Part shown: piece after piece, positions 1-14,999 of the stretch
Layout of the letters: each line of letters starts with the position of its first letter
Position numbering within the stretch: the stretch's first letter is position 1
NCBI GenBank assembly: GCA_964016885.1
Contig: OZ024742.1
Location: 94,054,001-94,118,000 of the forward strand
Reading direction: 5' to 3'
Source of the DNA: Eledone cirrhosa
Taxonomy: Eukaryota
DNA: 64,000 nucleotides
Notes under the pieces: generated by a model
Told to the model about the DNA's origin: nothing
Database searches by the model: none
Seen by the model: only the letters and a program-made list of their open reading frames with translations
Program-made: the position numbers and the translations under genes

Positions 1-54
1 CCTATGATTCCTAGCAGACAACTGACGATGGATATTCTTTTCTTTCGCCCGTAA

Positions 55-113
<59 letters not shown>

Positions 114-231
114 TATAAGTTGAAAAAAAATGAAAACGAAATTTCATTTCTCACTCTTAGTATGGCACTTACTTAAATGTAAGTATGTATGTATATGTAC
201 ATACATATATGTATACAGACGTACAGTAGCA

Positions 232-293
<62 letters not shown>

Positions 294-442
294 CAGGTAC
301 ACATACATATATGCACGCATCAGTTTAGCGGACGCTTATTATAACGCCGCTTTGTTCGTTTGTCAACAAACTGAAGAGCCTGAATTTATGCCATACGGTG
401 TTAAGGCAACCACGTCACCTTTTTGTTCAACACTTACACGGG

Positions 443-487
443 AACGATGTACTAGTTTCAAGCTTGTTAACTATCATCAGCACCGTT
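443..487 (-). ncRNA. Type I hammerhead ribozyme, family A unit 1
   Basis: Minus strand AACGGTG CTGATGA TAGTTAACAAGCTT GAAA CTAG TA CATCGTT; stem I AACGGTG/CATCGTT, palindromic stem III ACTAGT. Confidence 0.75.
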
Positions 488-721
488 TACCCATCTGCCA
501 GATAGTTGAACGTTCGAAAGTATATACTTTCCTTATGAAAATTAACGGCTGAGAAGCCTAATTTGCATATTGAGTGAGTTAAATCGGTCAGGTATACCGA
601 AAACGATAAGTTGAAAAAAATGAAAACGAAATTTCATTTCTCACTCTTAGTATGGCACTTACTTAAATGTAAGTATGTATGTATACGTACATACATATAT
701 GTATACAGACGTACAGTAGCA

Positions 722-759
<38 letters not shown>

Positions 760-912
760 CATACAGGTACACATACATATATGCACGCATCAGTTTAGCG
801 GACGCTTATTATAACACCGCTTTGTTCGTTTGTCAACAAACTGAACAGCCTGAATTTATGCCATACGGTGTTAAGGCAACCACGTCACCTTTTTGTTCAA
901 CACTGACACAGG

Positions 913-957
913 AACGATGTACTAGTTTCAAGCTTGTTAGCTATCATCAGCACCGTT
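913..957 (-). ncRNA. Type I hammerhead ribozyme, family A unit 2 (further copy 1385-1429, minus)
   Basis: AACGGTG CTGATGA T-AGCT-AACA-AGCT-T GAAA CTAG TA CATCGTT. Confidence 0.78.
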
Positions 958-1193
958 TACCCATCTGCCAGATAGTTGAACGTTCGAAAGTATATACTTT
1001 CCTTATGAAAATTAACGGCTGAGCAGCCTAATTTGCATATTGAGTGAGTTAAATCGGTGAGGCATACCGAAAACGATAAGTTGAAAAAAAAACGAAAACA
1101 AAATTTCATTTCTCACTCTTAGTATGGCACTTACCTAAATGTAAGTATGTATGTATACGTACATACATATATGTATACAGACGTACAGTAGCA

Positions 1194-1235
<42 letters not shown>

Positions 1236-1829
1236 CAGATACACATACATATATGCACGCATCAGTTTAGCGGACGCTTATTATAACGCCGCTTTGTTCG
1301 TTTGTCAACAAACTGAACAGCCTGAATTTATGCCATACGGTGTTAAGGCAACCACGTCACCTTTTTGTTCAACACTGACACAGGAACGATCTACTAGTTT
1401 CAAGCTTGTTAGCTATCATCAGCACCGTTTACCCATCTGCCAGATAGTTGAACGTTCGAAAGTATATACTTTCCTTATGAAAATTAACGGCTGAGCAGCC
1501 TAATTTGCATATTGAGTGAGTTAAATCGGTCAGGCATACCGAAAACGATAAGTTGAAAAAAATGAAAACGAAATTTCATTTCTCACTCTTAGTATGGCAC
1601 TGTACGTCTGTATACATATATGTATGTACGTATACATACATACTTACATTTAAGTAAGTGCCATACTAAGAGTGAGAAACGAAACTTCGTTTTCATTTTT
1701 TTTCAACTTATCGTTTTCGGTATGCCTGACCGATTTAACTCACTCAATATGCAAATTAGGCTGCTCAGCCGTTAATTTTCATGAGGAAATTATATACTTT
1801 CGAACGTTCAACTATCTGGTAGATGGGTA

Positions 1830-1874
1830 AACGGTGCTGATGATAGCTAACAAGCTTGAAACGAGTACATCGTT
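1830..1874 (+). ncRNA. Hammerhead ribozyme in the inverted family A unit (one stem III substitution)
   Basis: AACGGTG CTGATGA TAGCTAACAAGCTT GAAA CGAG TA CATCGTT. Confidence 0.7.
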
Positions 1875-2023
1875 CCTGTGTCAGTGTTGAACAAAAAGAT
1901 GACGTGGTTGCCTTAACACCGTATGGCATAAATTCAGGCTGTTCAGTTTGTTGACAAACGAACAAAGCGGCGTTATAATAAGCGTCCGCTAAACTGATGC
2001 GTGCATATATGTATGTGTACCTG

Positions 2024-2071
<48 letters not shown>

Positions 2072-2124
2072 TGCTACTGTACGTCTGTATACATATATGT
2101 ATGTACGTATACATACATACTTAC

Positions 2125-2180
<56 letters not shown>

Positions 2181-3339
2181 GTGAAAATAAATATCAGTGC
2201 AACCAAAACTAGTGATTTTAGGCTATTTTTCTTGCTAAACCAAGAAAAATAGTCTTATTGGTGATGCCAGTATTTGTGGTGTTAGGGTGGTGGTGATTGA
2301 GCTGTTGGTTTTTTTTATTGATGTCACTAGTGGTGGTGGTAGTGGTGGTGGGGCATTAACCAAAAATCTACTTAGTTGGTTGGTGTTGTTGTTGGCGGTG
2401 GTGATGTTGGTGACAATGGCAGTGATGTTTATATCGTTGCTGATTTTGTTGTGGAGAGGGGGGGGTTCTATCACAAGATCCATACTCATCAAGGTGTCAT
2501 TTCTAACGCATTTTTCTACTTACAGATGCATTTGCACTTAAGGTGGCAAATTGTTAGAATCATTAGTACAACAGAAAGAATGATTTGAGGTCTACATTCT
2601 TGTTCTCTTTGCTCTCAGCTCTAATCTCACTGAGATCAATTTTACCTTTCATTCTTTCAAGGTTAATAAAAGAAGTGCCAGTACAGTGCTACTATGGATT
2701 TTTCCTCTATATCTCTTTTTCATTTCTTCTATTTAATGCTCTTTCCTTCACAAGAAAAAATTGACTGTGTTTATATCAGATGAAGGATGGGCTCAACCAA
2801 GTTTAAAATACCCATATGATTTGACGATGCTCCTATAATGTCATACATACATACTTCTTGGTGCCAACCCCTTGAATCACCTCTTAAAACATACATAGAT
2901 ATGGTGTACATATACAAGATAAATAAATATGATAAAAAGCACAAGTACCCATTGTAAATGAGGTTGGATTAGGAAGGGCATCCAGCAGTAGAAACCAAGG
3001 GAAAATCAGTTCTTTATGAACAAAACATGGTCACCTGACCTGGCTGGCATTTCTGACAACAGGACAACTCGTCTAACCCATGCTAGCATAGAAAAATAGA
3101 GGTTAAACGGTGGTGATGATGGTGATGAGGATGAAATCCATTCAAACATGTCCAGTGACTGGTGAGAAAAAGTAAAGAAGTCACCCTCAAACCAGTCTTT
3201 GGTCAAAAGGCTTATAACAGAATCAATTCAGATTATGCCACAGGTCTTCCCACTCCCCACAAAAAATATTGGTATTGGTAGCAGTACTCCAGTTTGAGCA
3301 CAGTTCATCAACTGAAAACAGTAAAAGAATAGAAACAAA

Positions 3340-3476
3340 TAATGATAATGATGTTTATGTTGATGATGACGAGGATGATGGTAGTGATGTTGGTAGTTGG
3401 GGTTATTGGTGGTAGTCGTGCTGCTGCTTCTAATCATGGTATTTATGATGACGACGACGACGACGACGACGACGAC

Positions 3477-3526
<50 letters not shown>

Positions 3527-3760
3527 GGATGATGATGACGATGGTGATGACCTTGATGATGACGATGGTGATGATGATGACGATTGTAGTGATGCTGGTG
3601 ATGATGCTGGAGATGCTGATACTGATGAAAGTAATGATGGCAGTATTGGTGGTGGTGCTGCTAATGGGGTAATAGTGGTGGGGGTACGGCTGTTAATGGT
3701 GGTTGTAATAGTGGGCATGCTGCTGTTAATCATGGTAGAGATGATGATGATGATGATGAT
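3340..3760. repeat. (GAC)n/(GAT)n/(GGT)n trinucleotide low-complexity tract
   Basis: Pure GAC then GAT runs 3447-3540 with degenerate flanks. Confidence 0.9.
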
Positions 3761-3889
3761 GTACACAAAAAAGTAAAAAGAAATTGTAGTCAAGCAGTTT
3801 GTTGTTTACATCTCATGCTGAATTTACAACTAATTTATATTTGGCACTTAATTAAATCTACCTCTGTACAACCATGCATATAGTAAAAA

Positions 3890-4057
3890 CATTGTACACA
3901 TATACACATATATACATATATACATACATATATATACATGCAAACATACATACATACATACATACATACATACATACATACACATATACATATATACACA
4001 TACATACATACATAAACACACACACACATATATATAAACACACACATACATATATAC

Positions 4058-4142
<85 letters not shown>

Positions 4143-4885
4143 AACATATATACATATATACATACAAACACGCATATATACATGCATACACACAAACATA
4201 CATATACATAAATACATACATATATACATGCATACACACAAAGTGCATATATACATTCATTCATGCATACATACATACATACAAACAAATATACATAAAT
4301 ACATACATACATACATACACACACATATACATATATACACGTACATACATAAACACACACACATATATATAAACACACACATACATATATACATATATAT
4401 GTATATACACACAAACATATATACATATATACATACAAACACGCATATATACATGCATGCACACAAACATACATATACATAAATACATACATATAGACAT
4501 GCAAACACACAAAGTGCATACTTACATTCATTCATGCATACATACATACGTACAAATATACATAAATACATACATACATACATACATACATACATTCATA
4601 CATGCAATGATATGTACTCATATACACCACAAGAAACTGAGTGTATATGCAGGCATTAAAAGTTTTGTGATAGTTTTTCTTCTTTCCATCTTGATAGAAA
4701 CACACATACACTCACATAGAACTATACAAACATATATCTGTATAATATATATATACACACATCCACACACCCATATATATATATATATATATTTGCAAGC
4801 AGGGAAAAAGCGGACGTAAAATGAAATATATATATATATATATATGAATATATATATATATATATATATATACATATGTATATAC

Positions 4886-4932
<47 letters not shown>

Positions 4933-4996
4933 CATATTTATATATATAAATGTACATATATATATATATGTACACATATATATATATACACACATG

Positions 4997-5043
<47 letters not shown>

Positions 5044-5048
5044 TTATA

Positions 5049-5103
<55 letters not shown>

Positions 5104-5106
5104 TTA

Positions 5107-5140
<34 letters not shown>

Positions 5141-5172
5141 CACACACATATATATATACATATATATATATG
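3890..5172. repeat. Compound (TA)n/(CA)n/(CATA)n microsatellite with internal ~300-bp duplication
   Basis: Mosaic ending CACACAAAGTGCATA..ACATTCATTCATGCATAC recurs at ~4235 and ~4505. Confidence 0.9.
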
Positions 5173-5377
5173 AGTATGTAAATCTATCAGCATGTAAAGA
5201 TTACACCACCACACCAATTTAGGTTGAGCTTCCGGCCACAATTTTCTCCCTAATTAAATCTGATACGTTCGTTTAGCTACGATATCATCTTGTTATTTTG
5301 CTTCTTTGTATTATTGCTTTTTTTTTCATCTCTTCCAACCACCACCATTAAAACTTTTCTTTATCATTAATATTATC

Positions 5378-5392
5378 ACTACCACCACCACC

Positions 5393-5449
<57 letters not shown>

Positions 5450-5568
5450 GCTACTACTACTACTACCACTACTACTACTGTTATTATTATTATAATTATT
5501 ATTATTATCAGGTTTGTTATCATTTAATATTATTATTATCATTATTTATAATAATAATAATAAGCAGA

Positions 5569-5605
<37 letters not shown>
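5378..5605. repeat. (CAC)n(TAC)n(TAT)n microsatellite
   Basis: Directly visible triplet runs. Confidence 0.9.
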
Positions 5606-5606
<1 letters not shown>

Positions 5607-7199
5607 GTTGTTCACAGTTTTATATTTGTATTTTGTTAATATTGATAATGTTACTATTATCATTATTTGTGGTTGTAGTATTAATATAAATACTATATTC
5701 TCACTATTGTAATTATTATTGTTGCTGTTGTTGTAGTTGGTGTTGCTGCAATTGATGCTGCTGTTGTTACTGTTATTAGTTTTACAACTTTGTTGATGTT
5801 TTTTCAATTTTTTTGGCTCTGAGATCACTTGCTAAGATCTTTCTTAGAGCAGTTTAATTTAATAAGTACACTTCACTGTTGTTGAAGAAGTTGTTATTCT
5901 GGTTGTTGTTGTGGGGGTGATGAGGACAGTAGTGCTGCTAGTGGAAGTGAGGACAATGATGATGAGGATGATGATCACGACATATCTGTTGTTGTTAGTA
6001 CTGTTGTTGTTGTCATTGCTACTGATGTTGTTGCACGTAATGTTACTGCCATTGCAACTGTAGTAGTTGTTGTTTAGCTATAAGTCAGTCCTCTATCCCA
6101 AGGCAATCCAGCTGTGACTTTCCATGCTTTTTCTGTATATCTGGAAAGTTCACTGTCCAATATATCCATATTTAACTTTAAGCAAGTGTCATGTAATGTG
6201 AAGGAAATTTAGTTCTTATTTCTGTTGAGGTTTTGTATGGCAAATTATCCTTGAGATTTGTTCCCTATCTAGTCTGTTTCTATATGTCTATTGTTCTTAT
6301 TGTTGTTACTGTCGATTTTGTGGTTAAAGCATTGCTGAATGGTTAAGAAGATTGTTTCACAATTATCAGGTACCAGCTTGATCCCATTCAAAAAGTATCC
6401 TTGTCCATAGCCTCAGGTTGATCCAAATCTTAATATTGAAATTAAGTAGACAGAAACTGTTTGAAAGCTTCTTAGATGGACTATACTAAATAATTATTGA
6501 AAATCACAATATTTCATATACTGTTGTGTGTGTGTATGTGTGTGTATGTATATTAGCATTATTAACCATTTTGTCTGAAGACTGTCAACCTACTCTTACC
6601 CTAATATGTCATCCATCTCATGATCCTGGCCAACAGGATGGCAAAGAAAGAAGGAGAGCAAGGGAGATGTACTGGAACAGCCACTCCACCTCACAGGGAT
6701 CACACCTGCAGGCAGCCAACTCCATTCCAATAGCAGTACTTGTAATTCTGATTTCCTACCAAATCACACATTGTCATATTGAATTTGCTTGAGAATTATA
6801 TGAAAAGTATATTTGTACAAAATACTCAGCTGCCTGCAGGTTAATTTCCTGAGCAGACTGCTCCATTTGATTAAAGAAATTGAACATTCTTCCTTGAAAC
6901 AAATAGAGATCCAATCCATTCCATTGTTGCATTGTGGTTGTTGACCAGCCTTAGGTCATTCCTGATAGAACAGACAGAGGCATATGATCAAAGAACATCG
7001 ATTCTTCTGTGATAGTGTATTCTGGAAAACATCATCTAATGTATCATTTTATAAAATGGTGGTCTAAGGTAGATTTGGTGGCTATTTTTAACAGATCAAA
7101 TGGCCATGTATATCATTTCTTTTTAGATAAGAAGTGAAATGTCATGCCTATGAAGTCTTTTAGCGGTTTTGAGAGTGGTGGGTGGAATGGATGGATTAA

Positions 7200-7620
7200 A
7201 GTATCTTCATACAAGTGACCTGAATTGATGCTTACAACAAAATGGACTCTAGTAAAGGCATCCAAGGATCGAATTCAGTAGATTCTGGTGGTGGCCACAA
7301 TGAGGAGGTTACAAGGTGAACTTGGCTCAAATCAGCTACTGTTGCTGCATGTCTCTATTGATTTGGACAATAATGCTGTTTCCAACCATCAAAGTTGTTG
7401 GTATCTGACCCCGTCTGTGATTGTTTGATTATTGTTCAAAATTTCATAATAAAATTCTTTAGATGCACACTTTCTATTGATTACCAGGCAGATATGAAAC
7501 CACAAAAAAGCGACTGACGCTGGCTCTTAATAGCAGGATTGTTGCAGAAGTAATTTCCATTGCTTCTGAATCCCATTTGGGGGAACCATTCTTGGCTCAT
7601 CTTTTAGTTTAAAATTTCCA
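7200..7620 (-). pseudogene. Decayed, internally deleted mariner-like transposase
   Basis: Minus-strand fragments FRNGNFKLKDEPR, YYEILNNNQTIT..RYQQL*WLETALLSK and WPPPES. Confidence 0.5.
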
Positions 7621-7664
7621 TTTCTGAATCACATAAATCACCCCTAAATGTTTTTTCAAATGAA

Positions 7665-7915
7665 GGTGCATGGTAGAGTGGTTAGTGTCTTGGATGTATG
7701 ATAATAATGTTGTGCGTTCGATTTCTGGACCAGGTTTGCATAGTGTTCTTGAGTAAAACACTTCATTTACCATTACTGAAAATGAATATCAGCAGTGATT
7801 GGGAGTTAATTCTGCAAAGGACTGGCATCTTTTGTAGGGGGTAGTTTTGAACTACCAGTCACTTAATTCTGATGTAACCAGAGTAAGCAGAAGCCTGATG
7901 AGCCCCCCTGTTTAG
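7665..7915 (+). mobile_element. Old tRNA-derived SINE
   Basis: A-box-like TGGTAGAGTGG, B-box-like GTTCGATTTC, then GTGTTCTTGAGTAAAACACTT and GGACTGGCATC segments. Confidence 0.55.
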
Positions 7916-8190
7916 TAGAGAAAAAACAAACAAGTTCTTTCATATACTATATCAAGACCAGAAGTGTTCAGAATGTATTTCAGTGCTGAACTTACATTGA
8001 ACTCATCTATAATACACATATAGTATTACATGTCAAATGTATTCTGCAAGTGGATCAAACATCAGATCTAGTTGAAAGAGGAAGAGGTATAAGTCTTATG
8101 ATGGCATGATTAACCATCAAATTGTTATAGAACTTTAATAAATCTTGTTCAATGTGTTCAGCTAAAACACTGAACAGAACATTCATTTTA

Positions 8191-8330
<140 letters not shown>

Positions 8331-9669
8331 CACACACACAGCTCACCCTGTAAAGTGGTAGTGCTAGTGCCACAACAAAAAAGCATCCAATTTAACCTAG
8401 AATGTGATAGTGCTGGAGTCACAATAAAATGCGCCCAATAGACTTTGTTAAGTGGCTGGCATTAGAAATGGTATCCAGCTGTAAAAACCTTGAATGTATA
8501 AGCAAGAAAAGGTCACTAAAATCTGTAATGAACAGTCATCTCATCCAGAGAAATGTATTGTATTCTCGGTCTTTGAGCACGATTGAAATCAGGATAAGTC
8601 CCATTCTTATGAAAGTTTAGACTTCAGACAAGCTAAGTCAACATTTCTTGTATACATAGCCTGATACATTTACATGCACAGCCCTCCATCATCATCATCT
8701 TCATAATCAGCATCATAATCCTTTAATGTCCACTTTTTATACTGGTATGAACTGGATGGAATGTCATAGTCCAAGACTAGCTTAGTTAAAGAACCACATC
8801 TTGCTCATACATTCTATATTTTGGCAGTTTCTATGGCCTGGATACACTTCCTAATAGCAACAACTTTGCTGAGTATACTGGGTGGGTGCATTTTATCATG
8901 GCACCAGCACTACTACTTACAGACTGTACTTGGTGCATTTTATCATGACACTAGCATCAATTTCAACCACTTTTCAGCAGTATTAGCTGATTTTCATCAT
9001 GGCACCAGCTCTACCACTTTAATATGTTATGCACTGACAACATATTTGCCTCGATTTGGTTTACAAAACAAAGAACAGTTTTGATACATTTTAGCATTAT
9101 ATATCATTAAAGGAGTTTAATCTATTAATGGGTGTGGGGTGGGAAGAAAGATATCCAGCTAACTACTACTGCTGTACAAAGACTGGCATTTAAACTGAAA
9201 ATCATAATTTATCAATGTGTCAACTGACCAGAAATGGGGATAATGGGAAGTGGAGGTCAAGTGGTATGAGGGTACCCAAAAAAATAAATGAAAAAAAATA
9301 TCCTCTTTAATTACAGAAGCAATCTTCTTGAAAGGAAACATTTTTAGATGTTGAAAGATTTTTTTGTGTGAAAGAAAAGGTGATTAATTGGAAGAAGTGA
9401 TAATAGGTAAGGAGAAAAAGAAGAAAGATGTGCTGTATAGTAAGTCATAAAAATATACAAAATAATAATAATTTTTTCGAATTAGTAAAAATAATAAAAA
9501 AAGGAAAGGAAAAACAATTAAATTGATAGGTATGTGGGTAAACATATAAAGAGGTGTGAAAATAACTATGTATATATGTATGGAGGTAATTTCCCTCCCT
9601 GCCCACATATACATACACTGTCAGATTGATGGTGTGACAAACAGATGAGTTGAAAGAGAAAAAAAGAAT

Positions 9670-10156
<487 letters not shown>

Positions 10157-10669
10157 TAGGGATGTATTAAGATAAATATAGAGTAAGATAGAATGATATA
10201 TATACAGATAGACTGAGGCTTGTAGTTGAAAGAAACATGATTGTGTTAGATTTTAGCTACAATTTACCATAATCTTTAAACACTGATGAAGATGAATCAG
10301 AGATTTCCCTGAACACAACCATTCTTCATTGATTAGCAGAGACCAGAAGTAAAAGTAGTCGTCTGTATTTAGACAAACTATGTTTCTCATCACCATACCC
10401 CCATCCCCACCCCACAGCTACTTCCACTATGTCGATCAATCACCACCATCACCAACTCCAACATCAATCATGACCATCATCACTACCATGACATGACAAC
10501 TATAGTTACGATCATATTACCACCATCACTATCTTCACATCCCTACCACCAAATTTACTATTACCACCATTTTGATAATTTTCAAAATTATTTGCTAATC
10601 ATAGACAGTGTTTTTCATTAGAAATATGGTAACAAAAAGAGTTAATTCATACCCTACCATTTACATTTA

Positions 10670-10790
10670 AAGTTCAAATTCCACTGACGTTAACTTTGCC
10701 TTCCATCCTTATAGGGTCGATAAAATAAAGCACCAGTTATACACTGGGGTAATTGCTGGCCTTGTGCCAAAAGTAGAAACAATTATATTA
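10670..10790 (+). mobile_element. tRNA-SINE with CCTTTCATCCTT..GGGGTCGATAAAATAAAG core (other copies ~2620, 27070, 39215, and minus at 45000 and 46515)
   Basis: GTTCAAATTCC B box followed by a shared core that recurs at least 8 times in the window. Confidence 0.8.
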
Positions 10791-10820
10791 TAAATGTATA
10801 TACACATACACATACACACA

Positions 10821-10906
<86 letters not shown>

Positions 10907-10908
<2 letters not shown>

Positions 10909-11008
10909 AACGAGTAGGACCCTGACGGCTGAGCTCAAGCCGTTTCGCTGGCTAATTCTGGACTAAAATGTTATGGTCCACCTGGTTCTTTACCACATTT
11001 CCTTCGTT
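10907..11008. mobile_element. Short inverted+sense fragment of HHR-linked family K
   Basis: 10907-10965 matches 29508-29565; 10970-11008 is the reverse complement of 29427-29465; (TA)n on both sides. Confidence 0.75.
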
Positions 11009-11027
11009 ATATATATATATATATATA

Positions 11028-11541
<514 letters not shown>

Positions 11542-11542
11542 A

Positions 11543-12614
11543 CAAGGTGCGGATGGTATTTGAGGACATGGATTTTTAGTCATTATTTTATTTGACTAAT
11601 TTTTATTGAATTTCCATTTGAGAAAATAACAATGAAAATAACTATGCTTACTAATGAAATGAAAAGGCATGCTGTGATTGTGGCTTTGAAGGCTAAGCAT
11701 GGGGATTTAGAAATTTCTCGTTTTCTGAAAGCTGCAAGATCTTTTGTCCACCAGATTCCGTGTGAATTAGAGAAAGATGGAAGCGTATTACCTGTATCAA
11801 AACGTAAAAAACATTCCAAACGCTCTGATTCTATCAAGAACCTGAACTTATTCAGAAAGTTAAGCAAAACATTGATGACAATCAATGAGGTCAATTGTAA
11901 AAGATTTTGGTGTGTCAGAAAAAACAATCAGAAATGTTGTGCATGAAGACATCAGATACAAATCTTACGTGATGAGAAGAGGTTAATTCATGTCAGAAAA
12001 AAGAAAAAAAAAGCGTTTAATGCAAGTGTCATGGTTTGGGGTGTTGTTAGCAATGAAGGACATATGATGCCTCCTCACTTTTTTCCACAAGCCCTTAGGG
12101 TGAATGCTGCTGCATATATTGAGGTTCTGGATAAAGTTGTTAAGTCTTGGATCAACAGTGTATGCAATGGGAAGACCTTATGATTTCAACAAGTTTCTGC
12201 ACCATCACACAAGGCTCAAATGACACAAGAATGGATGGCTGACAATTTGCATGATCACATCACCCCTAACATTTGGCCTCCTAATTCTTCAGATCTCAAT
12301 CCATTGGACTACTATGTATGGAGCACTGTTGAGAAAAATGTCAATGAACACCCCCATAGCACCCAACATTCTTTGAAAGCCACAATAATTCAAGTCATGT
12401 ATGATATGAACAAGGACCACTTAATCCGAGCTTATAAACGATTTCGACCTCGCATAAAGGCAGTTATTGATGCTTATGGTGGTTTTATTGAATGAAATTA
12501 TTAAATTGATAAGTTAGCTTTATGTTTATGTTATTTTTATAAGAATACAGTTTTTCTCTGTTATTATATAAGCGTTTTTTTAAAACCCTAAATCTGTCCT
12601 CAAATACCGTTCGC

Positions 12615-12620
<6 letters not shown>
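11543..12620 (+). mobile_element. Tc1/mariner-superfamily transposon, maT (DD37D) type, disrupted transposase
   Basis: TIRs (C/T)A(A/G)GGTGCG(G/A)A(T/C)GGTATTTGAGGACA at both ends, flanked by TA; VMVWGVVS, FQQ(V)SAPSH-37 aa-WPPNSSDLNPLDYYVW; stops and internal deletion. Confidence 0.9.
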
Positions 12621-12649
<29 letters not shown>

Positions 12650-12657
<8 letters not shown>

Positions 12658-13076
12658 AGATCAAAAGATGGTTAAAGGAGTTCAATATATTTTATTATGC
12701 GCATTTCAAAAACAAACATCATCAAACAATAATATTTGTGTTTTCATCAGATAAAACAGGAGAACATGATATGAAGGCTAAAAAAAAAACACTTGTTGAT
12801 AGTGCAGTTTTAAATCAACATATGTTGATTTAAAACTGCACTATCAACAAGTGTTTTTTTAGCCTTCATATCATGTTCTCCTGTTTTATCTGATGAAAAC
12901 ACAAATATTATTGTTTGATGATGTTTGTTTTTGAAATGCGCATAATAAAATATATTGAACTCCTTTAACCATCTTTTGATCTTATATTATGCATACTCCA
13001 GTCCCACAAACTGTAGAGTGCTTCTTATCCGATATCTGCATTGCTTTATTGTACTACAATAAAACTCACCTCCTAC

Positions 13077-13079
<3 letters not shown>
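12650..13079 (+). repeat. Near-perfect 2x170-bp palindrome with ~90-bp tail, in (TA)n (family B)
   Basis: Centre CAACAT|ATGTTG near 12821; arms differ only in A-run length. Confidence 0.9.
12884..12950 (+). ncRNA. Type I hammerhead ribozyme, family B (mirror copy 12690-12756, minus)
   Basis: TTTTAT CTGATGA [16-bp stem II, GTTT loop] GAAA TGCGCA TA ATAAAA; all core residues present. Confidence 0.85.
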
Positions 13080-13137
<58 letters not shown>

Positions 13138-14269
13138 TTATTTATTTATTTATAAATATACACACTTATGGAATGCGTAATAATAGTGTGTATGAAAGCC
13201 AATGTATGGTTGAGTTGAACTAAGAGAAAACCTGAGTATAATAGGAATCAAATCAGATGCAGTGTGCAGAAAAGAAGATTGTTCTTGTACAGTCATGTAA
13301 TATGTATGGATGATGAATGTAGGATGAAAAGGACCATGAAAGACATGGGCAAATGCAGTAAAAACTGATATTAAGAAAATGAAATGTACAAAGGAAAGAA
13401 ACAAGTGAAAGGATGCTGCTCTGGAGAGGACTCATCTAACTCATGAAAGCATGGAAAAACAAATGACGATTATGATGATGATGATATCTTCTCTTAATAT
13501 CTAAAATATATTTAACTTGCAAACGGTTTTCTTATTGCAAAGCAACAGAGAAGAAATCAAATGTTAAGAATGTAAAAAGACATGTTACATTTGTGCACAG
13601 TTTACAATATAAGAAAATAGACGTAAAATATTTCTTTTCAAAATACCATATTCCAACTGATGCCAAAAAAAAATTCTTCAACACTAAAAGTAACACAACA
13701 CAATTAAATATACAAAAAAAGGAAGAAAAATATCTAAAGGCAGGAACCTCATAACAGATGATAAAAAACAAAAACAGAAGCATACACTGTTTATATGTAT
13801 GTACACAGTCACAGACACATACATGTATATGTACATGTCATCAGGATCTTTATTCTGATTAGAAAGGGAACTTTCTATTTAAATCAAGAGAATTATCTAC
13901 TGAATTAATTGACTCCTGGCCTGGTGAACCCGACTTCCACCATCACCACCCCAACTATATAATGAACATATATATATAAGAAAATATTTTGAGATAAAAT
14001 TCTCATATGTTCTAACAGCCCACAGAATATGATAACAAAGCTTTTATGATATTTTAAAATATTGACATACCAAGCGAAACTAATAATATTTGCCAAAATT
14101 TAAATCCATTTAATTTAACAATTATAAAAATATTTTTTCTGACAGATTAAAGAAAAACAAATCTTTGAATATTCCCTTGGGCTTTTTTACTTTTACTTTT
14201 TATCTATGGTTTTTTATTTGCATGGACATTTTCTCCTTTTTCAAATATCATAAACTATACATATCCAGA

Positions 14270-14940
14270 AAAAGGTCCTTCATTCCGACACTCCAAACAC
14301 GAATTTAAAGGAAGAAATCCTAAAAGAAATGCAAGATATAAATGCAAAACTTACAATCCTAACAGAAAAACTTGATAAATGACACAACTCTACACATGAT
14401 TGCAACAACGAACACAACATAATAACAACCAATAATAAGTTTAGTCTCAACATACAGCTATTATGCAATACAATGGGGAAATTAATGAGCAACAAAACAG
14501 AACAAGAAACTTCACACCTCAAAAGCAAAATCGGACACATTGGGAAAAAAATATTTAAAGCAAGAAATTCACATTTTGGAACATGGCGGAAAATATGAAC
14601 AAAACTGGAATCCATGAGAAATGGATAAGCTCTACCCCGCTGATCTTACTCAGAAATTACAAATAAAACTGATGACTAATGAACCAGAACAAGAACAAAA
14701 AAAATCTAGGAGAACACATGTCTCTCAATAAATGAACATGGAAATAGAACTTATAAAACTAAGAGCCACTACAAATGAACAAAAATACAAATATATTGAC
14801 CCACAGATGGAAAAGGAAGTGTTAAAGACGTATTAAAGATGTATTAAAACTATGGAAATAAGACTGTGAGAACCTAGAACGATTAGGAAAAAATTAATAT
14901 TGGTTCCTTCAATACGAAGGGGAATTTAAGGAAATACACC
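14270..14940 (+). pseudogene. Decayed A-rich coding remnant, probably TE-derived, unclassified
   Basis: Fragmentary frames (HEKWISSTPLILL; NEPEQEQK; MEIELIKLRA) broken by stops and frameshifts. Confidence 0.3.
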
Positions 14941-14999
14941 CCTTAGACAACCCCTTCATTGAGAAATTGATGAAATATTCCAAAACAAACGAAATTGAG

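Larger units (their letters stand above)
117..2127 (-). mobile_element. Non-coding ~470-bp tandem array (3.1 units) plus one inverted unit; retrozyme/PLE pLTR-like (family A)
   Basis: Units begin AAGTTGAAAAAA at 117, 608, 1078 and 1550; 1601-2127 is the reverse complement of a unit; (TA)n on both flanks; each full unit has an HHR core. Confidence 0.85.

Noticed and set aside
22-60. CTGACGA...CCGTAAC as a hammerhead
   Set aside because: GAAA is not intact and no stem I partner precedes the (TA)n
130-1965. Repeated 66-aa ORF (VCQQTEQPEFMPYG) as a tandem gene family
   Set aside because: Non-ATG starts, antisense to the HHR, no recognisable domain; repetition follows from the array
3342-3793. 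Poly-Asp/Met/Ser ORFs
   Set aside because: Translations of (GAT)n/(GAC)n open in several frames on both strands
3835-5222. YI/HT/CV-rich ORFs here and at 9.4-10.2, 15.4, 26, 33 and 62 kb
   Set aside because: Stop-free dinucleotide microsatellites, not proteins
7890-7915. CTGATGAG as a hammerhead (also 10283, 19353, 30552)
   Set aside because: No stem II/GAAA/stem III geometry follows
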